From a virus, in UHGV virus genome UHGV-0214148: a stretch of DNA of 64,000 bases, one strand, 5' to 3'. The notes under the pieces are model-generated. The model had not been told where the DNA came from. It did no database searches and saw only the letters and a program-made list of their open reading frames with translations. Both the position numbers and the translations under genes were made by a program. Below are positions 45,088 to 54,794 of the stretch, one piece after another (positions within the stretch are counted from its first letter, which is position 1; every line of letters starts with the position of its first letter).

Positions 45088-45120
45088 TAAAACCTCCCAG
45101 ATCAAAAAAATAAAAACACC

Positions 45121-45144
45121 TACCGCCCATAGAATCGGGCGGTA
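45121..45144 (-). terminator. intrinsic terminator
   Basis: Stem TACCGCCC/GGGCGGTA followed on the minus transcript by a U-rich run. Confidence 0.55.
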
Positions 45145-45173
45145 GACAGTCATTTTACAGCTAAAAAATCAAA

Positions 45174-45548
45174 TCAGTCCGTTAATTCTCCACACAACTC
45201 GACGTCAATACCGAACATCAATCCCACCTCTTGAAGCTTGTTCGCCAATAAGTGGCGATGACAAAACTTACCTGGCGGACAATAACACATCAAAACCAAA
45301 TCTTCGTGTCTAAGTAATGACACTAAAGTTTCGGCGTCGGTATCTAACAGTCGTTCGAGTTTGTACAAATACTTTATCGTGTACTCGCGTTCAGCAGCTG
45401 CATCCTTTGCAGAGTTTTTATACGCCATTAAGAAATCCCAGTCGGGGGCGAGTTCCTTTCGCCCCGACTTCACAGTGATATCCACTACGTGAAACCCTTT
45501 CTGCTTAGCTAACCGCCACTTAGCGAGTTGTAACGTCCAGATACGCAT
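45174..45548 (-). CDS. DUF488-like protein (124 aa)
   Basis: LMCYCPPGKFCHRHLLANKL resembles the DUF488 C.C...CHR signature (recalled from memory). Confidence 0.45.
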   Translation of the reverse strand: MRIWTLQLAKWRLAKQKGFHVVDITVKSGRKELAPDWDFLMAYKNSAKDAAAEREYTIKYLYKLERLLDTDAETLVSLLRHEDLVLMCYCPPGKFCHRHLLANKLQEVGLMFGIDVELCGELTD

Positions 45549-45745
45549 TAGGAACGAGTCTGCGATTCAGCCATCAACGCACAACTTTTCACAGCCTGTG
45601 CATGAAGCTCTGTACCAGGTGTGTAATCCTTTATACAATCCTGATACAATTCGCTTTTCTTTTCTAAAACACGATTGTCGCACTCGGCACTTGCTAGTGC
45701 CCCAGCGATAAGGATAAAAGCTACAATCGGTAACCAAATCTTCAT
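45548..45745 (-). CDS. small secreted protein (65 aa)
   Basis: Cleavable signal peptide (ALASA/E); two conserved Cys shared with the next gene. Confidence 0.45.
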   Translation of the reverse strand: MKIWLPIVAFILIAGALASAECDNRVLEKKSELYQDCIKDYTPGTELHAQAVKSCALMAESQTRS

Positions 45746-45969
45746 CGGCCATCTCCCATTAGTTTAGCATGTTCTGTGCACGCCTTTACCAATTCGCTGT
45801 AACGCGGATCGTCTACGGTCTTTCCTGACATACACTCACGATAAAGGCTTTCTTTGCGCGAGTCATCTGACACACGGACATAAAACATCAGCATCGTCAC
45901 AACCAGCACGGTTGAAACAATCGCTGAGATGATGTATCCATTAGCTCTTTTCATCGTATAAAACACCAT
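45742..45969 (-). CDS. small single-pass membrane protein (75 aa)
   Basis: N-terminal hydrophobic helix; the C-terminal ELY.EC...VKAC pattern is paralogous to 45548..45745. Confidence 0.45.
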   Translation of the reverse strand: MVFYTMKRANGYIISAIVSTVLVVTMLMFYVRVSDDSRKESLYRECMSGKTVDDPRYSELVKACTEHAKLMGDGR

Positions 45970-46472
45970 GGTTCTGGATAAAACCCTGTAAGTAAATCAA
46001 CGTAAAAACTATGTAAATTTGTTAGTGTTATAACGCACCCTAACAAATCATGCTCAGTATGGTGATAAATCACTACAGATGTTTCTGATACTCGTTTAAC
46101 ATGTATATGGCCCACGTCTTTAATGCTCTGATACAATCGTCCGAAATCGACCGTACCGACAGCATCAGATGAATCCGTAACCGAGTACCGTATACGTGGA
46201 GTCTCATTATTTACTAACGAAAGAAATTTCTCCACACTTTCAGCATGGATTTGTTCCATAAAGGATAAGTGTGGGAACACTTCTTTACGTAACGCGCTGC
46301 TTGAAATCTTAGCAAAAACCTGACGTTCCGTTAAGCGCATTAACTCGCCTAATCTTTTCAAGTCTTTGTTATAGTTCAGAAAAGCAACCACCTTTTCATC
46401 GTGCGTAATAGGCGGCCATTCGACCGCCTTTGCCCGACGTTGCTTAAACCAACTCGCGAGTCGCGCTATCAC
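45951..46472 (-). CDS. hypothetical protein (173 aa)
   Basis: ORF length. Confidence 0.5.
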   Translation of the reverse strand: MIARLASWFKQRRAKAVEWPPITHDEKVVAFLNYNKDLKRLGELMRLTERQVFAKISSSALRKEVFPHLSFMEQIHAESVEKFLSLVNNETPRIRYSVTDSSDAVGTVDFGRLYQSIKDVGHIHVKRVSETSVVIYHHTEHDLLGCVITLTNLHSFYVDLLTGFYPEPWCFIR

Positions 46473-46474
46473 GC

Positions 46475-47167
46475 TTAGTAATCCTCTTCCTGATTCACTA
46501 CCGATTGGATACGGGATGCGACTTCGTTAGTGTCCAGGTCAGTTTCGTCTACCTTATCCACAAGTTTCTGTACTTTACGTACATGTGATTCGGTAATATC
46601 AAAACGACCACGATCGGCTAACAACAACGTTACCATGTCCTTACGTGTAACCATCAGTTCTTCTTCAGGTAAGTGTAAGGATTTGTCTAACAGACCCGAA
46701 TGCATGAAGTTTTCCAGTAAGCGTTCTTCCCCCTGGTCGAAATCATAACGTTCGTTAGGTGCAGCAACGAAAGCATAACCGAAGTAGTTTTCTTCCGTCT
46801 CACGTAGCGACTTGATGATTTTGTCACCGTGTTGACAGAAATCACTTAACGTGTAGTCGTCAAGCGTTGCCACGACGGTTTCTGCTTGCACACCATTATC
46901 TGTTTCGTACAGATGCGCAACCCACAGTTTCCAGTTACGTGGCTCGTCAAACAAACCACCGATTAACATATCGGTAGCCGCCATGCGCATACGCGGTGAC
47001 GTTGTAAACTGGAAACCACGACCTGCGTACGGACCGATAGGACGAATAGAGCTACCGACGAAAGTAATGCGGTTTAGCGCATTTTCAGCAATGGTGTGCG
47101 CAGTACGGTTAGCAGCGGCTTTCGGATTATACTTTTTGTTACGCGGTTTCTTTTGTTTGGTAGCCAT
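46475..47167 (-). CDS. hypothetical protein with basic N-terminus (230 aa)
   Basis: ORF length. Confidence 0.55.
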   Translation of the reverse strand: MATKQKKPRNKKYNPKAAANRTAHTIAENALNRITFVGSSIRPIGPYAGRGFQFTTSPRMRMAATDMLIGGLFDEPRNWKLWVAHLYETDNGVQAETVVATLDDYTLSDFCQHGDKIIKSLRETEENYFGYAFVAAPNERYDFDQGEERLLENFMHSGLLDKSLHLPEEELMVTRKDMVTLLLADRGRFDITESHVRKVQKLVDKVDETDLDTNEVASRIQSVVNQEEDY

Positions 47168-47649
47168 TATTTATTCTCAACTAATACTGTGTGAAATGCT
47201 TTGTAAAGAGCTTGACGTGTCTCAATTAACGCGGGACGATTAATCAAGCACATGTATCCAATTTTCCAAGACCAGTAAGAAGTGTCGTCGGTATTTAACC
47301 CGTAATCAGGTTCAAGATATACCAAATCCGTGTATGCATCTGGTATATAAAGACGACACAAACTAAGATTCCAGAAATTCGGTAAATCCGATTTTGCAAG
47401 TTCAGTCATAACCTGCATTGGAATCTGACTTCCAATAGCGTCTGTTGCAAAAACGATATGCAGATTTCCAGGTGACTTAGAATACATACCGTGACCTTCA
47501 CAACTCCACATTGTCGCCAAGTGTGGATGGTCGTTGATTAGCTTGCAGGTGTCACGAACACCTTTTTCAATATAGCCGTTTTTAACTGCAAACTGACTAC
47601 GCTCTTTAAATGATGCTAGTCTTTCTGCATCAACAGAAAATTGATTCAT
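47167..47649 (-). CDS. hypothetical protein (160 aa)
   Basis: ORF length. Confidence 0.5.
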   Translation of the reverse strand: MNQFSVDAERLASFKERSQFAVKNGYIEKGVRDTCKLINDHPHLATMWSCEGHGMYSKSPGNLHIVFATDAIGSQIPMQVMTELAKSDLPNFWNLSLCRLYIPDAYTDLVYLEPDYGLNTDDTSYWSWKIGYMCLINRPALIETRQALYKAFHTVLVENK

Positions 47650-48152
47650 GTTGGGTTCTTCCCTAAAATTATCTCACGCATTTCCAGGTAGGTGTCAAAC
47701 GGCACCACGGTGTCTTTATAACGTAGCGTTACGTAGGTTACAAAATGTTGGGGTGCCAGGAAAGGACGTTTTGGTGACCCGTCGTGATTGTAATACTGCT
47801 TCGGACGATATTTGTTGAAAATGTCTTCCCGTGGGAATAATGATTTCTGAATAACCACTTCCCAACGGTGCGGCGTTTCCAAGAGCCCAATACGGATCAG
47901 CATACCATCTACCCACCGGCTCATGTTTTCGGTTAATACGAAACTGACGTGGTGATGTTGTACCTCTGCTAACGCGACTTCGGGTTCTTTATCCAGTCGC
48001 ATTAATACCGCAAACAGTGGGCGATAATCAGAATCGTACAAGTCACGGAAAGCAGTTTTCTCACGCTGTTTAAACAACTCAACAATTTCTTTAGATTCGA
48101 AGTAATTCATTTTGAAATCCCCAATTCGTAAGTAACTAAATCGAACAAACAC
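47646..48152 (-). CDS. hypothetical protein (168 aa)
   Basis: ORF length. Confidence 0.5.
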   Translation of the reverse strand: MFVRFSYLRIGDFKMNYFESKEIVELFKQREKTAFRDLYDSDYRPLFAVLMRLDKEPEVALAEVQHHHVSFVLTENMSRWVDGMLIRIGLLETPHRWEVVIQKSLFPREDIFNKYRPKQYYNHDGSPKRPFLAPQHFVTYVTLRYKDTVVPFDTYLEMREIILGKNPT

Positions 48153-48502
48153 ATTTCCAGCATCGCTTGATACAATGTGTGTTCCCCATTACCCACAAAA
48201 CCATTGTTCAACATTTTATACGTATCTACCCCAAACATCGTCTTTACGTCTATAGGACGTTTTTCGAGAATACGTAATAGCGATATTTCCATTACAATCC
48301 AATAAGCAGGCTCAACCTTAATTCTGAATAACGGATTGATTTTACTTATTGTTTTATCCCAAATATTAAACCAGCGAACCCATTCTGTGCTATTCTGGGG
48401 TTTACGCAATCTAAGACGCGTATACGGTGAGTTGTTATATTGGTCGATAAATGTCTTAATGACATCAGCTTTTCTTGACATTATACCTATTATTGCGGTC
48501 AT
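48107..48502 (-). CDS. hypothetical protein (131 aa)
   Basis: ORF length; overlaps the downstream gene. Confidence 0.45.
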   Translation of the reverse strand: MTAIIGIMSRKADVIKTFIDQYNNSPYTRLRLRKPQNSTEWVRWFNIWDKTISKINPLFRIKVEPAYWIVMEISLLRILEKRPIDVKTMFGVDTYKMLNNGFVGNGEHTLYQAMLEMCLFDLVTYELGISK

Positions 48503-48548
48503 CTCTATATTCTCCTAATCATTAAAATAGCCGCAGTTGTAAAAAAGA

Positions 48549-49070
48549 CTACGGGTTAAAAGGTAGCGGCTTGCAATCCCGCTTTTTCATCTCCTCTACT
48601 AACTCAGGTAATGTACACCAGCGTTTAAATTGGTTGTTAGCTTTAAAGTGGCTGAGAATCTCCTCAATGCGCTCAATAGACCACTTCCCTTTCCCTACGT
48701 TGTCTAGATCCTTACGTACCGATAGCGTCTCAATGGTAAACGCTAACTCTGAACTATCCGAGTGGTCGTACAACAATCTTACTGGTGTTGGTTGGTGTAG
48801 CGTAACACGCCACCCTGCCTCTTTAGCCCAATAGACGTCTTTAATTCGACCGCTGACGTCAATTACGGAACTGATATAAGTCCAATCGCTATCCAATTTG
48901 TTCTTTTCGGCGGTTAATGCATCTTCTAATCGTAAGGAGTTAGGGGACGGAATCCACCAACCGTACTTACCGTAATAATCGTCTATTACAGTAATACCTT
49001 CGTAATACAAATATTGTGTTTTTGTATTAACGAATATTTCATCGCCAATTAAAACCACGTTTATCTTCAT
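48549..49070 (-). CDS. hypothetical protein (173 aa)
   Basis: ORF length. Confidence 0.5.
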   Translation of the reverse strand: MKINVVLIGDEIFVNTKTQYLYYEGITVIDDYYGKYGWWIPSPNSLRLEDALTAEKNKLDSDWTYISSVIDVSGRIKDVYWAKEAGWRVTLHQPTPVRLLYDHSDSSELAFTIETLSVRKDLDNVGKGKWSIERIEEILSHFKANNQFKRWCTLPELVEEMKKRDCKPLPFNP

Positions 49071-49558
49071 CGTAAGTGCTTCCTGTAAAACAAGTCATAG
49101 GTGGTCGAGCTAGATGGATCAATAGAACCTACCAATGGCATAATTTTCTTTTCTGATATTCCAGTTGCCCAAGCAGCTCGCGCAAAACCTCCGCCAGAAC
49201 CCGTTGTCCAAACCGCATTTTTATTTATTACAAACGTTTTAAACTTATCTGCTACTAATGTCAGCCAATGTGTTTCTTTAGCCGTAAAAATGACGATTTG
49301 ATCGTATATTCGCTCTTTTTCGATAAGATCCGCAAGCAAGGGCTCAACCTTCTTACGTTTATCCTCGTCTAAATATTCTTCTATAGCAGCGGTAATCGAC
49401 ATTTTCCAAAACTCGGTGTCCAGTACACGTTCGCCCGTGTAGAAAACAAACTTGTTTTTGTGTTTATGCAGTTTGGGCAATTCTTTAACCGTACCAGCAT
49501 AATCCACAAGTCGGTCAGCTAAAATGTAATCCTTTGTTACCAATACCGTTGTCATCAC
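49067..49558 (-). CDS. hypothetical protein (163 aa)
   Basis: ORF length. Confidence 0.5.
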   Translation of the reverse strand: MMTTVLVTKDYILADRLVDYAGTVKELPKLHKHKNKFVFYTGERVLDTEFWKMSITAAIEEYLDEDKRKKVEPLLADLIEKERIYDQIVIFTAKETHWLTLVADKFKTFVINKNAVWTTGSGGGFARAAWATGISEKKIMPLVGSIDPSSSTTYDLFYRKHLR

Positions 49559-49582
49559 ACACCTCGAAGAAAAATAAAAGTA

Positions 49583-49606
49583 CCCTCTCTCCTAACGGAG
49601 AGAGGG
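49583..49606 (-). terminator. intrinsic terminator
   Basis: 10-bp stem CCCTCTCTCC/GGAGAGAGGG with loop TAAC. Confidence 0.6.
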
Positions 49607-49613
49607 GCACTGC

Positions 49614-49883
49614 TTAAATCTTACGGCTGCTACCGTAGCAGCCACGACCGGCTGTCGTTTTCGCAGCACTGACAGGCGCTAACGCAACCATCGTACCATC
49701 GTCCTTAACAATCTGTAAGTTACCTGCGCGAACCAGACCTTTAAAGGTAATCTTCACGCCCTTACGTAAACTCTTCACATTGAAACCGTCGAGTTTGAGT
49801 GTTTTGATTTTCTCAGGTTTACCTTCTTCGTAATAAGAAAGTACATTACCTGCACGTTTTTCAACAATATAGATCTTAGCCAT
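49614..49883 (-). CDS. hypothetical protein (89 aa)
   Basis: ORF length. Confidence 0.5.
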   Translation of the reverse strand: MAKIYIVEKRAGNVLSYYEEGKPEKIKTLKLDGFNVKSLRKGVKITFKGLVRAGNLQIVKDDGTMVALAPVSAAKTTAGRGCYGSSRKI

Positions 49884-49956
49884 TTTAGATTACTCCATTT
49901 AGTTAAGTGAGAATTCTCACATAGATGAAATATATCTTAAATTTTTTAGACAGCCA

Positions 49957-50265
49957 TTAACATAGCGCAATATTAACCGACTTACCAGGCAGCGGGAAAT
50001 GCTGAAGTTCTATCGATAGAAGTTTCCTGTCAATAGTCAGTATTTCATCAACGTTGGGTGTAAGGCGGAACACAGTGCGCGGTAACGTGAAAGGCACGTT
50101 CGTTGAACAGTTTTTTAACAGTAACTGATCCTGAGGATAGTCAATTTCTACCACCCTCCCAATTACCCAACGTTCGTGAACCTCACCACCTAGCGGTGCA
50201 GTTAGTGCCCGTTGCAAGCGCTGTAAATTCGTTTCGTCGGTATTAGTGTGGTTTTGGTTCGACAT
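49957..50265 (-). CDS. hypothetical protein (about 102 aa)
   Basis: Start moved to ATG 50265 (GGGGAA SD), cutting the 134-nt overlap with the upstream gene to 23 nt; the track start is 50376. Confidence 0.4.
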   Translation of the reverse strand: MSNQNHTNTDETNLQRLQRALTAPLGGEVHERWVIGRVVEIDYPQDQLLLKNCSTNVPFTLPRTVFRLTPNVDEILTIDRKLLSIELQHFPLPGKSVNIALC

Positions 50266-50560
50266 AGATTTCCCCAAACACGTATGCGGTTCCGGCTTCA
50301 TTTGTCGGTTTAGCAACGCACCACTTCCATTCTTTAGTTTCAGGGTTTTGCCAGGACAACAAAAGAGAACCCTCACAGATTTCAGAGGTATCGACCTCAG
50401 GGTGGAACAGCATGAATTCGTTTTCGTTGTCGTCCACTACGACGAATTGACCTTCTTCTACCCTTTCGAACTTAGCAACACCTACTACAGTTGCTGGCTC
50501 GCCAACAGTAAATACCATTTCTTGTTTTGGTAAATCACGGTGAATCGCACTTAACCACAT
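50243..50560 (-). CDS. hypothetical protein (105 aa)
   Basis: ORF length. Confidence 0.5.
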   Translation of the reverse strand: MWLSAIHRDLPKQEMVFTVGEPATVVGVAKFERVEEGQFVVVDDNENEFMLFHPEVDTSEICEGSLLLSWQNPETKEWKWCVAKPTNEAGTAYVFGEIYVEPKPH

Positions 50561-50628
50561 TTAGCTGTTCCTCAATTAATTTTGTTTACGTGTGCATAAT
50601 TAGACACGAAACCGTAAAAATAAATACT

Positions 50629-50652
50629 CCCTCTCTCCAAACGGAGAGAGGG
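50629..50652 (-). terminator. intrinsic terminator
   Basis: 10-bp stem CCCTCTCTCC/GGAGAGAGGG with loop AAAC; same stem sequence as terminator 49583. Confidence 0.6.
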
Positions 50653-50657
50653 TAAGT

Positions 50658-51164
50658 TTACAGTACGTTTTCTTCGCGATCGTCTACTAAAATCGAAGTA
50701 ATCACATAACGCGCTAAGCGACTGCGTGCTTCTTCCGTTTCTTCTTCAGAAGGTAACTGTTCGCCCGCAGGTGCACACAACGTTAGCCCAGATTCACGAA
50801 GCTGCTCGGTATAGTCTTCCACAGCGCTGTCGAACGTACCACGAATACCTGCTACCGCATCCATAATTTCGTCGTTCGGAATAATGGATTCTTTTAGCAC
50901 GGCGTGAGCATCCGTAGGCTCCACCATTTGCAGGTTCTGTTCTACCAGCAACGCCTGTTTCGCTAAGCTGTCGGTGATAAAGCAAGATAGAATCTTTTCG
51001 AAATCGTCTAACGAGAATTCGGAGTCTTCAGATGCCCCGGTAATCAATTGCCCGTAGCGATTAAAGAATTCTTTACAACGCGTTTCGTAGTCAGCTTCTA
51101 AGTCGCGAACACCGAGATCAAAATCGTGCTGCTCAAGCTGATTAAAATCCAGAGTCTCTTTCAT
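50658..51164 (-). CDS. hypothetical acidic protein (168 aa)
   Basis: ORF length. Confidence 0.5.
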   Translation of the reverse strand: MKETLDFNQLEQHDFDLGVRDLEADYETRCKEFFNRYGQLITGASEDSEFSLDDFEKILSCFITDSLAKQALLVEQNLQMVEPTDAHAVLKESIIPNDEIMDAVAGIRGTFDSAVEDYTEQLRESGLTLCAPAGEQLPSEEETEEARSRLARYVITSILVDDREENVL

Positions 51165-51202
51165 CTCTAAGTCTCCAGTTAAGAGGTCATATTACCTGCT
51201 GG

Positions 51203-51430
51203 TTAGAGTGCCAACGTTAACCCGGTATGGGTTTCTACTGAACCAACACCGTCACGCGCTTTTGCTTTGGCGATGAGTTTGTCAATTACACGTTGATGAC
51301 TGCGAGTAATATCTTTACCTGGATAACCGATAATCAGCACGTTCTCAGCATTAATAACCGCCGAGAACTCGTTATCACCTGCAACATAAGCAATCTTTTT
51401 GTCTTTGGTTACAATACGTTTGATTTCCAT
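51203..51430 (-). CDS. hypothetical protein (75 aa)
   Basis: ORF length. Confidence 0.45.
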   Translation of the reverse strand: MEIKRIVTKDKKIAYVAGDNEFSAVINAENVLIIGYPGKDITRSHQRVIDKLIAKAKARDGVGSVETHTGLTLAL

Positions 51431-51439
51431 TCAATGTCC

Positions 51440-52213
51440 TTAAAAGATAAAATGACCAGTTAATGCTTCTGCTTCAACACCAGGCATCGATGGAGGTGCT
51501 GAATATGGAAAAGTAAGACGCACGGTTGCGCCCTTTAAATACGCAATACGGTAGTACGTGGTCAAGAGCGCATTCCCGTAAGTACAATCGTTATAGAAGA
51601 AACCTTCGGTGGCAAACGTCTTTTCGTTGATTTTCGAATAGACTAAGATACCTTCAACTTTACCATCTTTACGGCAGCACAAACCTTCTGCTGCACCAAT
51701 CGCTAACAATTCCAGGCAGCGCGTATCCAAATTGACATTAACCACCTTAGTGATCGTAATCGTTTCTTCTAACGTTAGAGATTCAATATCATCTACATCA
51801 GGCAAATCGGTGCGAACTTCAGGTTTTTCAGTAAACGTCAGCTCATAATCGATGAACGACGGCTGCATACGCAAGAACGCCATTAACTGATCGCGACGTT
51901 TTAGGTCATTGGCAGGGTATGTGACATCAAACACCTCTACATTTAACAAACGTTTGAGTTGTGCGAAATTAATTTTCTTCTTCGCAAACACAACGATTGC
52001 CGACATGTAGAAAATCTTACCATCGGCGCGACCGGAGAAGACACATTGCAGCTGATTCGTGTTCGAAAGAATGATAAAGGTCGGATCTTCAGATTCGCGA
52101 ATGATGTCTTTTTCTATCAACCCTTTTCGTAGACGGGTTAGCGAAACTATTCTACCGCCCACACCAATTGCTAAATGGTCATTACGATAATCGTCAATAT
52201 CCACTATACGCAT
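51440..52213 (-). CDS. hypothetical protein (257 aa)
   Basis: ORF length. Confidence 0.55.
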   Translation of the reverse strand: MRIVDIDDYRNDHLAIGVGGRIVSLTRLRKGLIEKDIIRESEDPTFIILSNTNQLQCVFSGRADGKIFYMSAIVVFAKKKINFAQLKRLLNVEVFDVTYPANDLKRRDQLMAFLRMQPSFIDYELTFTEKPEVRTDLPDVDDIESLTLEETITITKVVNVNLDTRCLELLAIGAAEGLCCRKDGKVEGILVYSKINEKTFATEGFFYNDCTYGNALLTTYYRIAYLKGATVRLTFPYSAPPSMPGVEAEALTGHFIF

Positions 52214-53028
52214 TAGAGCACTCCCAGTAATTCAGTCACTGTTTTCCGAGCGGCACCAGACGCACCCATATAGCGACCGACCTCAATACTGCGCCACTCA
52301 AAACCGTAATAAATTTCTCGGGTGAGTAGGGTGTCTGCATTTGACAGCACGACGCTGTTGCCACGTCCCACCTGCTGCTGTAGTAACTTGGCTAATTCAC
52401 GATGATCCGTTTGTGAGAATTCTTTACGGTGGTATTGCGCGTGTTTCGCGGTATCCGATAACGGAATATAAGGAGGATCAGCATAAATCACGGCATCTTC
52501 AGGTGTCCGTGCTAATACAGAACGAAAGTCCTCACAAACAATTTCTAGATACTCAACTTCTGCGCAACGTTTAGCCCAATCCCGAATTTCTTCTAATGGA
52601 TAATAAACGCCATTCGGGTAACGTCCAAACGGAACATTGAACCCACCACTACTGTTATAGCGACACATCCCGTTATAACCGTGACGCATTAAGTATAAAA
52701 ACATTGCAGCACGTTCAACTTCGGTCATCGTTTTACCGCTATTAAACAGTTCACGACGTTCCATATACTTTACAGTGGTATTGCCGTCTAAGAACAACGG
52801 TTGCGATGCAGCGATCAGTTCTTCAGGCTGTTCACGCGCAACACAAAGTAAGCGTATCAAATCGGGGTTAGAATCCGATAGAATATACCGGCTGTAATTC
52901 GTATTTAGGAAAACAGACCCTGCGCCCACAAACGGTTCTACAAAGGTTGAACGTTTAGGTAAGACCTTTTGTAATTCACCCAAAACGCGTGTTTTCCCAC
53001 CCATCCATTTAATTATCGGTTTCCGCAT
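52213..53028 (-). CDS. dam: DNA adenine (GATC-type) methyltransferase, Dam family
   Basis: VEPFVGAGSVFLNTNYSRYILSD, LYLMRHGYNGMCRYN..GGFNVPFGRY and DPPY motifs closely parallel E. coli Dam (recalled from memory). Confidence 0.9.
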   Translation of the reverse strand: MRKPIIKWMGGKTRVLGELQKVLPKRSTFVEPFVGAGSVFLNTNYSRYILSDSNPDLIRLLCVAREQPEELIAASQPLFLDGNTTVKYMERRELFNSGKTMTEVERAAMFLYLMRHGYNGMCRYNSSGGFNVPFGRYPNGVYYPLEEIRDWAKRCAEVEYLEIVCEDFRSVLARTPEDAVIYADPPYIPLSDTAKHAQYHRKEFSQTDHRELAKLLQQQVGRGNSVVLSNADTLLTREIYYGFEWRSIEVGRYMGASGAARKTVTELLGVL

Positions 53029-54007
53029 TATATCCGCCTTGTAACGATGACACTTCGTCGACTAACACCAATTTGACATGATTTTTCTGACGCTCCCAAC
53101 TGACGACGTTTTCGTCACGCACTAAAACAAATTCGTATTCGTAGGGGCGAAATTTAAATAATTCGACGGCCAGGTGCCTGAATGCAGGGTTGTTATTGAA
53201 ACACCCTATTTCTAATGGTGCCGCTGTTGTCGATGCAATTTGTAGAGCACGATACAATAAAGTCCGTCCGATACCACGACCCCGATGTGTCTCACTTACC
53301 GCAATGGCTTTTAATTCACACTCGTTAAGATTACGCAATTTAACTTGCACCGCGCCCACAATATCGTTGCCGTCCATCCAAACGTAGGTGTGGTGGTTGA
53401 CGTGGCGTACTAACTCCACCAACGTTTCGACTTGTGGCATGATTTGACGTGAGCGACTCACAGGGTCAGCGTTGATGTTTTCAACGACACTCGTACCCAA
53501 AAGCAACATAAGCTGTTCACGTTGTGCGGCAGTTAACTCTTTATAAAAATCGCCGGAAATGTTCTTCACGTTTGTTGGTAGAGCGATATCCAACAACGAG
53601 CGTGTACCTAAGCGATACGTAGTGTGGGTGTGTCTAAATCCTAAGTCATTAAGCTCAGCGATTTCTTCTACACCACTGGCGATTCGATTAAGGTACGTAA
53701 AACCGGTATAGTCGAGTACCAGTAGCAGGTTCAGTTTGTTCAAACAACCCGGTACAATTTCATGCATATACAAGCAGTGTAACGTTGGGTCGCCGTAAAT
53801 GTGTTTTGTGATGATAAACCCTTGGATTGTTTTTCCTTTTTGTAAAGAGAACGTATTCAGTTCACTATTGCACAACGCCTCACGAATCACAGCACCGTTA
53901 GGGCCCGATAAACATGCCTGAAGTTGAGGGTTGCGAATATCTCTACGTGCTAACCGACCTACTGTTAAATCCGTGGCGGTATGTTTTATAATCTTCATAA
54001 AAGCCAT
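53009..54007 (-). CDS. protein with C-terminal GNAT acetyltransferase domain (332 aa)
   Basis: ETHRGRGIGRTLL acetyl-CoA-binding motif in the C-terminal part. Confidence 0.55.
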   Translation of the reverse strand: MAFMKIIKHTATDLTVGRLARRDIRNPQLQACLSGPNGAVIREALCNSELNTFSLQKGKTIQGFIITKHIYGDPTLHCLYMHEIVPGCLNKLNLLLVLDYTGFTYLNRIASGVEEIAELNDLGFRHTHTTYRLGTRSLLDIALPTNVKNISGDFYKELTAAQREQLMLLLGTSVVENINADPVSRSRQIMPQVETLVELVRHVNHHTYVWMDGNDIVGAVQVKLRNLNECELKAIAVSETHRGRGIGRTLLYRALQIASTTAAPLEIGCFNNNPAFRHLAVELFKFRPYEYEFVLVRDENVVSWERQKNHVKLVLVDEVSSLQGGYNAETDN

Positions 54008-54071
54008 GTTAATTACTCCTTAAAAGGTCGTCTCAAAACAATACGCTAAAGTTGTAAAAACAAAAAAGAAA

Positions 54072-54089
54072 GGGGAACCGAAGTTCCCC
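54072..54089 (-). terminator. intrinsic terminator
   Basis: Stem GGGGAAC/GTTCCCC with loop CGAA; A-rich flank. Confidence 0.5.
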
Positions 54090-54101
54090 AATTATTAAAC
54101 A

Positions 54102-54773
54102 TCATGCAGAAGGGGCAGAGTTTGTAAAAGCAAGATTGGGTGTCAAGCCAGCTTTCCCTAATTTTTCATACAGGTAATTGAAAAATCTGAGATGGGCGTC
54201 GTAGTGGCCAGCCGCTACTCGCTGGCCGTAAACTTCTACCAAGTCAGGCGAAAACTTAATATGGCAGTTTTGTCTAGAGAACAAAGGTTGTTGCACCCCA
54301 CCCTTAATTAAGATGCGATACTTTTTACCGTCGTCTGTTACGGCGTGAAGAATATTTGTACTGAAATGGAAATAGATAGAAGGGTTAAAACACAACCAGG
54401 TGGCGGCATTGATTAGTAAGTCAGCTAACTTAACAGCGATTTTGTCAAGTTCAGGCCCTTCAAACTTATGCATTAACCGCAGAAGAATTTCAGTAATAAC
54501 CGTGCCTGTAAGTAATTTGTCTCTATTAAGACCAGGTGCAACCGCCAAAACATCACCATTATAAGTGCAGACAAGTGTGAATAAGTTGAAAGGCTGGTCT
54601 TGATAAAGTTCGAAAACCAGGTCAGTATACGGGCTAAAAGTTAAGAATTTCACCCCGAGTATTTCATTAACGCAGGGTAAAAGCTCAACTTTCACAGGCG
54701 GTTGAGCTTCGTTAACTTTAGTCTCGTTCTTTACAGCTTCTTCAATTACGGTTTTACCAATTTTCGGTGGCAT
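54102..54773 (-). CDS. hypothetical protein (223 aa)
   Basis: ORF length. Confidence 0.5.
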   Translation of the reverse strand: MPPKIGKTVIEEAVKNETKVNEAQPPVKVELLPCVNEILGVKFLTFSPYTDLVFELYQDQPFNLFTLVCTYNGDVLAVAPGLNRDKLLTGTVITEILLRLMHKFEGPELDKIAVKLADLLINAATWLCFNPSIYFHFSTNILHAVTDDGKKYRILIKGGVQQPLFSRQNCHIKFSPDLVEVYGQRVAAGHYDAHLRFFNYLYEKLGKAGLTPNLAFTNSAPSA

Positions 54774-54794
54774 GATAATACTCCTTCAGGTTGA

